A stretch of 63,340 bases of DNA, the filler included, from Octopus bimaculoides (lineage: Eukaryota): NCBI RefSeq assembly GCF_001194135.2. It is 5 parts of 5 records of this genome, joined end to end, with 100 filler letters (N's around TTAATTAATTAA, not from the genome) between each part and the next. Parts side by side here need not be neighbours in the genome. Positions count along the whole stretch, not along the records: positions 60,610 to 63,340 come from NC_068983.1; 4 more parts are not named here. One strand, written 5' to 3'. Below are positions 62,347-63,340 of the stretch, piece after piece; within the stretch, counting starts at the first letter, position 1, and each line of letters starts with the position of its first letter. Position numbers and translations under genes: made by a program. The notes under the pieces are model-generated. The model was not told where the DNA came from. It did no database searches and saw only the letters and a program-made list of their open reading frames with translations.

Positions 62347-62518
62347 CATATATGCGACGGGCTTCTTTCAGTTTCCGTCTACCAAATCCACTCACAAGGC
62401 TTTGGTCGGCCCGAAGCTATAGTAGAAGACACTTGCGCAAGGTGCCACGCAGTGGAACTGAACCCGGAACCATGTGGTTGGTAAGCAAGCTACTTACCAC
62501 ACAGCCACTCCTACGCCT
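62097..62518 (-). mobile_element. SINE family A, full length, well preserved
   Basis: Colinear with 3250-3734. Head on the minus strand AGGCGTAGGAGTGGCTGTGTGGTAAG...GGGTTCAGTTCCACTGCGTGGCACCTTG. Confidence 0.93.
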
Positions 62519-62974
62519 ATGTCTGAGATAAGTTTGTGAAGTCTTAATTGATATTATTGATATAGCAGAATGAACTATTTTCGGTTAATCAAGTTGCCAA
62601 ATAATTATTATGCTTTTGAGCAAGTAACTTACCTTCCTTTACTCATGAGATGAGAAGCTCTGCCTTCCTTTTTATATTGTGATAAGTCATTAGAAGATCA
62701 TTTAAATACTCTGGGGTAAATAACTTGCTCTTCAAGTACGTATTCTGTAGAAAGTCTAGTATCTCCATTTATTGCACTTACTTCATTATCCATTTCAGTA
62801 CATAAACACGCATTCTACTAATAGCAAAGAAAAGGAACGTGCATTGTTTCATTATGTTAGACTTCATCTACATGCTAATTACAGATCAGAATAATCAACC
62901 TAGTATTTGTTGGTTGTGGAAAATCTAATCATATTAGCATAAGAAACCTAGTAGTCAGTATAACTTTTTAAAGT

Positions 62975-63080
62975 GTGCTGCTTATCCCATCGATATGTTT
63001 GCCGAACCGCTACGTTACAGAAGCGTAAACAAACTACCAGCCGCTGTCAAGTTGTAATGAGTACAGACATAAACACGCAC
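62975..63080 (-). mobile_element. SINE family A tail fragment
   Basis: TTTGCCGAACCGCTACGTTAC...GTAAACAAACTACCAGC...GTCAAG. Confidence 0.65.
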
Positions 63081-63340
63081 ACATACATACATATACACAT
63101 TTATACATATATATATATGTGTATAAACAAAATTAAGGGATCAGTAACAGGTTGCTTCACCACGTACCGAAGTTCAGAAATAGCAGCTAAAAATGCTGAA
63201 ACTCCAACAGATAGCAGATAACCGCAACTCACATAGGCAAAACAAGAAGAAGAATAACGAACTAGACTAGCCATAGTTAATCATATACATGTTTCTGGTT
63301 TAGAAGGAAAAACTCTTCATTACCTCATCGGTATGATATT

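Overview
AT-rich, microsatellite- and transposon-dense eukaryotic DNA with many N gaps. I can support no intact host protein-coding, tRNA or rRNA gene. Almost all long ORFs in the track are read-throughs of (TA)n, (CA)n, (AAT)n or N runs. The SINE, LINE and microsatellite repertoire resembles a coleoid cephalopod, probably Octopus (inference from remembered repeat families, not a database hit). Four 100-bp artificial spacers (44 N + TTAATTAATTAA + 44 N) show that the window is five joined scaffold pieces. Recognisable content: three tRNA-derived SINE families (more than 25 copies or fragments); RTE and R4/Dong LINE remnants; a complete 900-bp non-autonomous Helitron; a Helentron-like HINE; decayed mariner, Tc1-like and hAT/Buster transposases; and several MITEs. 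The most notable observations are two hammerhead-ribozyme-like motifs in short elements beside (TA)n tracts. One is a minimal, dimer-type motif with a variant core (22105-22141). The other has all conserved core nucleotides and three helices, but its strands lie in a non-canonical, triply pseudoknotted order (39065-39127). All structures were paired by eye and none has been tested.
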